A DNA stretch of 64,000 bases from an uncultured bacterium. Its GTDB lineage: Bacteria; Krumholzibacteriota; Krumholzibacteriia; LZORAL124-64-63. Position numbers and translations under genes: made by a program. Below are positions 61,840-64,000 of this stretch, in pieces. The notes under the pieces are model-generated. The model saw nothing but the letters and a program-made list of their open reading frames with translations, had not been told where the DNA came from and made no database searches. Numbering within the stretch: position 1 is the stretch's first letter; the number at the start of each line of letters is the position of its first letter. Location of the stretch: the NCBI GenBank assembly GCA_963732385.1, contig CAVSZB010000001.1, positions 81,193-145,192 of the forward strand, in the 5' to 3' direction.

Positions 61840-62817
61840 GTGATCCCGCTCGATACCGCCCTCCGGATCATCCGCGAAGTGCTCGCCGCGCCGCGCACCA
61901 AGTCCGGCCGCGTGCCGTTGCGCGAGGCGCAGGGGCGAGTGCTCGCGGCCGATGTGGCATTGCCGCCGGCGGCCGGCCTCGCTTCGCCAGACCAGGACGT
62001 GAAGTGCGGCGAGATCGTGGCGCGGGCGGGGGAGCGGCTGACCGCGGTGCGCCTGGCGCACCTGCTCTCGGCCGGCGTGGAGGAGGTGCCGGCGCGGCGG
62101 CGGGCCCGCGTGACGATCGCGTCGACCGGCGCCGATCCGGTGGCGCGGGCCGCCGGCCTGGCGCCGGGGCGGATCCTCGACACGAACGGGCCGCTGCTGG
62201 AGATGATCCTGCGCGGGGCCGGCTGCACGGCGGGGGCGCACGTCGCCATTCCCGATGATCAGCGCGAGACGAAGGCGCGTCTGGCCGGCATGCTCGGGCA
62301 GAGTGACCTGGTGGTCCTGACCGGCGAGGTGCCGGCGGGCGATCGCGACTTCGTGCCGGACGCGCTGCGCGCGCTCGACTTCACCGTCCACTTCGACCGC
62401 GTCGCGGTGCAGCCGGGCAGGTCGGCGCTGTTCGCCACGGGGGCGCGGGGCGTGGTCTTCGCGCTGCCGGGCAATCCGGTGTCGGCGTTCGTGACGGCGC
62501 ACCTGTTCGTGCTGCCGGCGCTGGCGCTGCTGGAGGGCGCCCAGGAGTGGCCCCGCTTCGTCACACTGCCGCTGGCGGAGGCGTGGAGCGGACGGGTGGG
62601 CGACCGCGTGCGCCTGTATCTTGCGTGCCTCACCGGAGATGGCGGCGTTCGTCTGTTGCCGGACGACGAATCGGGGCACCTGCGCGCGCTGATCGAGGCC
62701 GACGGCCTGGTGCGTATCGAGCCGGAGTGGGACGGGCGCGCGGCGGAAGCTCCGGTGCAGTTCTGGCCGCTGAGGGTGGCGGCATTCGCACCGGGCGAGG
62801 GGGAGGAGTCGTCCTGA
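61840..62817 (+). CDS. MoeA-like protein, internally deleted and degenerate
   Basis: GRVLAADV, DTNGP, QPG, LPGNPVS retained; SAMDGYA/TGA region absent. Confidence 0.8.
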   Translation: MIPLDTALRIIREVLAAPRTKSGRVPLREAQGRVLAADVALPPAAGLASPDQDVKCGEIVARAGERLTAVRLAHLLSAGVEEVPARRRARVTIASTGADPVARAAGLAPGRILDTNGPLLEMILRGAGCTAGAHVAIPDDQRETKARLAGMLGQSDLVVLTGEVPAGDRDFVPDALRALDFTVHFDRVAVQPGRSALFATGARGVVFALPGNPVSAFVTAHLFVLPALALLEGAQEWPRFVTLPLAEAWSGRVGDRVRLYLACLTGDGGVRLLPDDESGHLRALIEADGLVRIEPEWDGRAAEAPVQFWPLRVAAFAPGEGEESS

Positions 62818-63048
62818 GCGAGGCGGCGTCGGTGCGGCGCCTCGTCGTCATCACCGCCAGCGGTGGGGGAAATTCTTGCCGTGATGATGCCGCTCCTGCC
62901 ACACGCCCCGGCTATGGCGCGGGGAGCTGGCCGGCCCCCCCACTGAGGTCCCGCCCTTGACCCCGCGGTCGATTGGCCCGATCCTGTGGCCGTTCCCGGT
63001 CCGGCCCGGCGGCCGCCCATCAAGGTCAACTCTATGGGAGTTAATAAC

Positions 63049-63423
63049 ATGCGCAAGATCAGCGCCCTGGCGCTCGTCCTCGTGTTCGCCGTCGGTCTCG
63101 TCGCGGCCGGCTGCGGCGGGAAGGCCGAGGCGAAGCTCGTCACCTGTAGCGCCTGCGGCGGCAAGGTCGAGGCGTCGATGGTCAAAACGGTGGAGGGCAA
63201 GCAGATCTGCACGGCCTGCGCCGACAAACTGGAGGCCGCGAAGACGGCCGGCGGGGAGCAGGGGGAGACGCCGACCTGCGTGGTCTGCGGCATGAAGATG
63301 GCGAAGGCGGAGATGATCGAGGCCGACGGCAAGTGGTATTGCAGTCATTGCGCGCCGGAGGGGGCAGGGAAGGTCGAAGACGGGTCCGAAAGCCCCGACG
63401 GCAAGGACGCCGGCGGCGCCTAG
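63049..63423 (+). CDS. Lipoprotein with two C-x2-C-x17-C-x2-C repeats
   Basis: Lipobox AAGC; CSAC...CTAC and CVVC...CSHC. Confidence 0.75.
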   Translation: MRKISALALVLVFAVGLVAAGCGGKAEAKLVTCSACGGKVEASMVKTVEGKQICTACADKLEAAKTAGGEQGETPTCVVCGMKMAKAEMIEADGKWYCSHCAPEGAGKVEDGSESPDGKDAGGA

Positions 63424-63575
63424 CGGCCCGGTTGCGCCGGCGGCCGCGGGCTGGCCGGCCTTTTGCATGGAGAACACTTTGGTGTGATCGCGGCTCGCGC
63501 CCCGCGGGGCGGGTCCGGTCGATTCGCCCCGACGGGCCGGGCCCGCGCCGCCTGTCGCGAGGAGGCAGAATCCGC

Positions 63576-64000
63576 ATGTCGATCCTGAAGGTCGCCCGCC
63601 TGGGTCATCCGGTGCTGCGCGAGATCGCCCAGCCGATCGAACCGCGTGAGATCCGCGGGCCCGAGATCCAGCGGCTGATCCGTGACATGTTCGAGACCAT
63701 GGCCGACTACAACGGCGTCGGTCTGGCCGCGCCGCAGGTGCACGTGTCGAAGCGTCTCGTGCTGGTGGGCGGCGGCGAGGACGAGGATGGCGAACCGATC
63801 GTGCGCGTCCTCATCAATCCCGAGCTCAAGATCACCACGCCGGAGTTGGCCGGCTTGTGGGAGGGGTGCCTGAGCGTCCCCGGCCTGCGCGGCTACGTGG
63901 AGCGTCCGCGTGGCGTCGAGGTCAGGGCTTACGACGGGCAGGGTCAGAAGCTGCAGTTCACGCTCGAGGGATTCCCCGCCATCGTCATGCAGCACGAGTG
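63576..64000 (+). CDS. def: Peptide deformylase (3' truncated by window)
   Basis: GHPVLR, GVGLAAPQ, INP, EGCLS, QHE. Confidence 0.95.
   Translation, partial: MSILKVARLGHPVLREIAQPIEPREIRGPEIQRLIRDMFETMADYNGVGLAAPQVHVSKRLVLVGGGEDEDGEPIVRVLINPELKITTPELAGLWEGCLSVPGLRGYVERPRGVEVRAYDGQGQKLQFTLEGFPAIVMQHE

Noticed and set aside
63320..63360. CSHC as a c-type heme site
   Set aside because: Not CxxCH

Overview
High-GC bacterial chromosomal segment. A FlgD-Ig C-terminal domain protein ending in 'LVK*', outer-membrane barrels and many lipoproteins suggest a diderm, possibly FCB-group organism such as Krumholzibacteriota or Latescibacterota (inference only). Ordinary content: two MacAB-type ABC loci, hemD, pirin, a full kdpFABCDE locus, several two-component proteins, a Bacillus-type sdhCAB, an aminotransferase, PgeF, an EamA transporter, an S41 peptidase, HtrA, a GT4 glycosyltransferase, an ECF sigma/Ser-Thr kinase pair and def. 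Highlights not visible in the ORF track: (1) A complete IS110-family (IS1111-type) element at 33348-34821 sits inside the stop codon of a FlgD-domain gene and converts TAG to TGA. Its 3' non-coding region folds like a bridge/seek RNA, with one loop matching the circle junction and the other reading UUGAAGUA, i.e. '(V/L)-K-stop'. (2) A hidden 62-aa membrane protein (35518-35706, minus) has an in-frame UGA at a likely Cys position followed by a SECIS-like hairpin, so it is a candidate selenoprotein. (3) Two sigma54 promoters share identical enhancer geometry and outline a regulatory cascade. (4) An AbrB/Doc toxin-antitoxin module is bracketed by inverted hairpin repeats. (5) An OFA-transporter + DsrMK-like operon. 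(6) An internally deleted MoeA. (7) Three micro-peptides precede kdpA. No rRNA, tRNA or CRISPR array was recognised. All family calls are from motif recognition by eye, not database searches.
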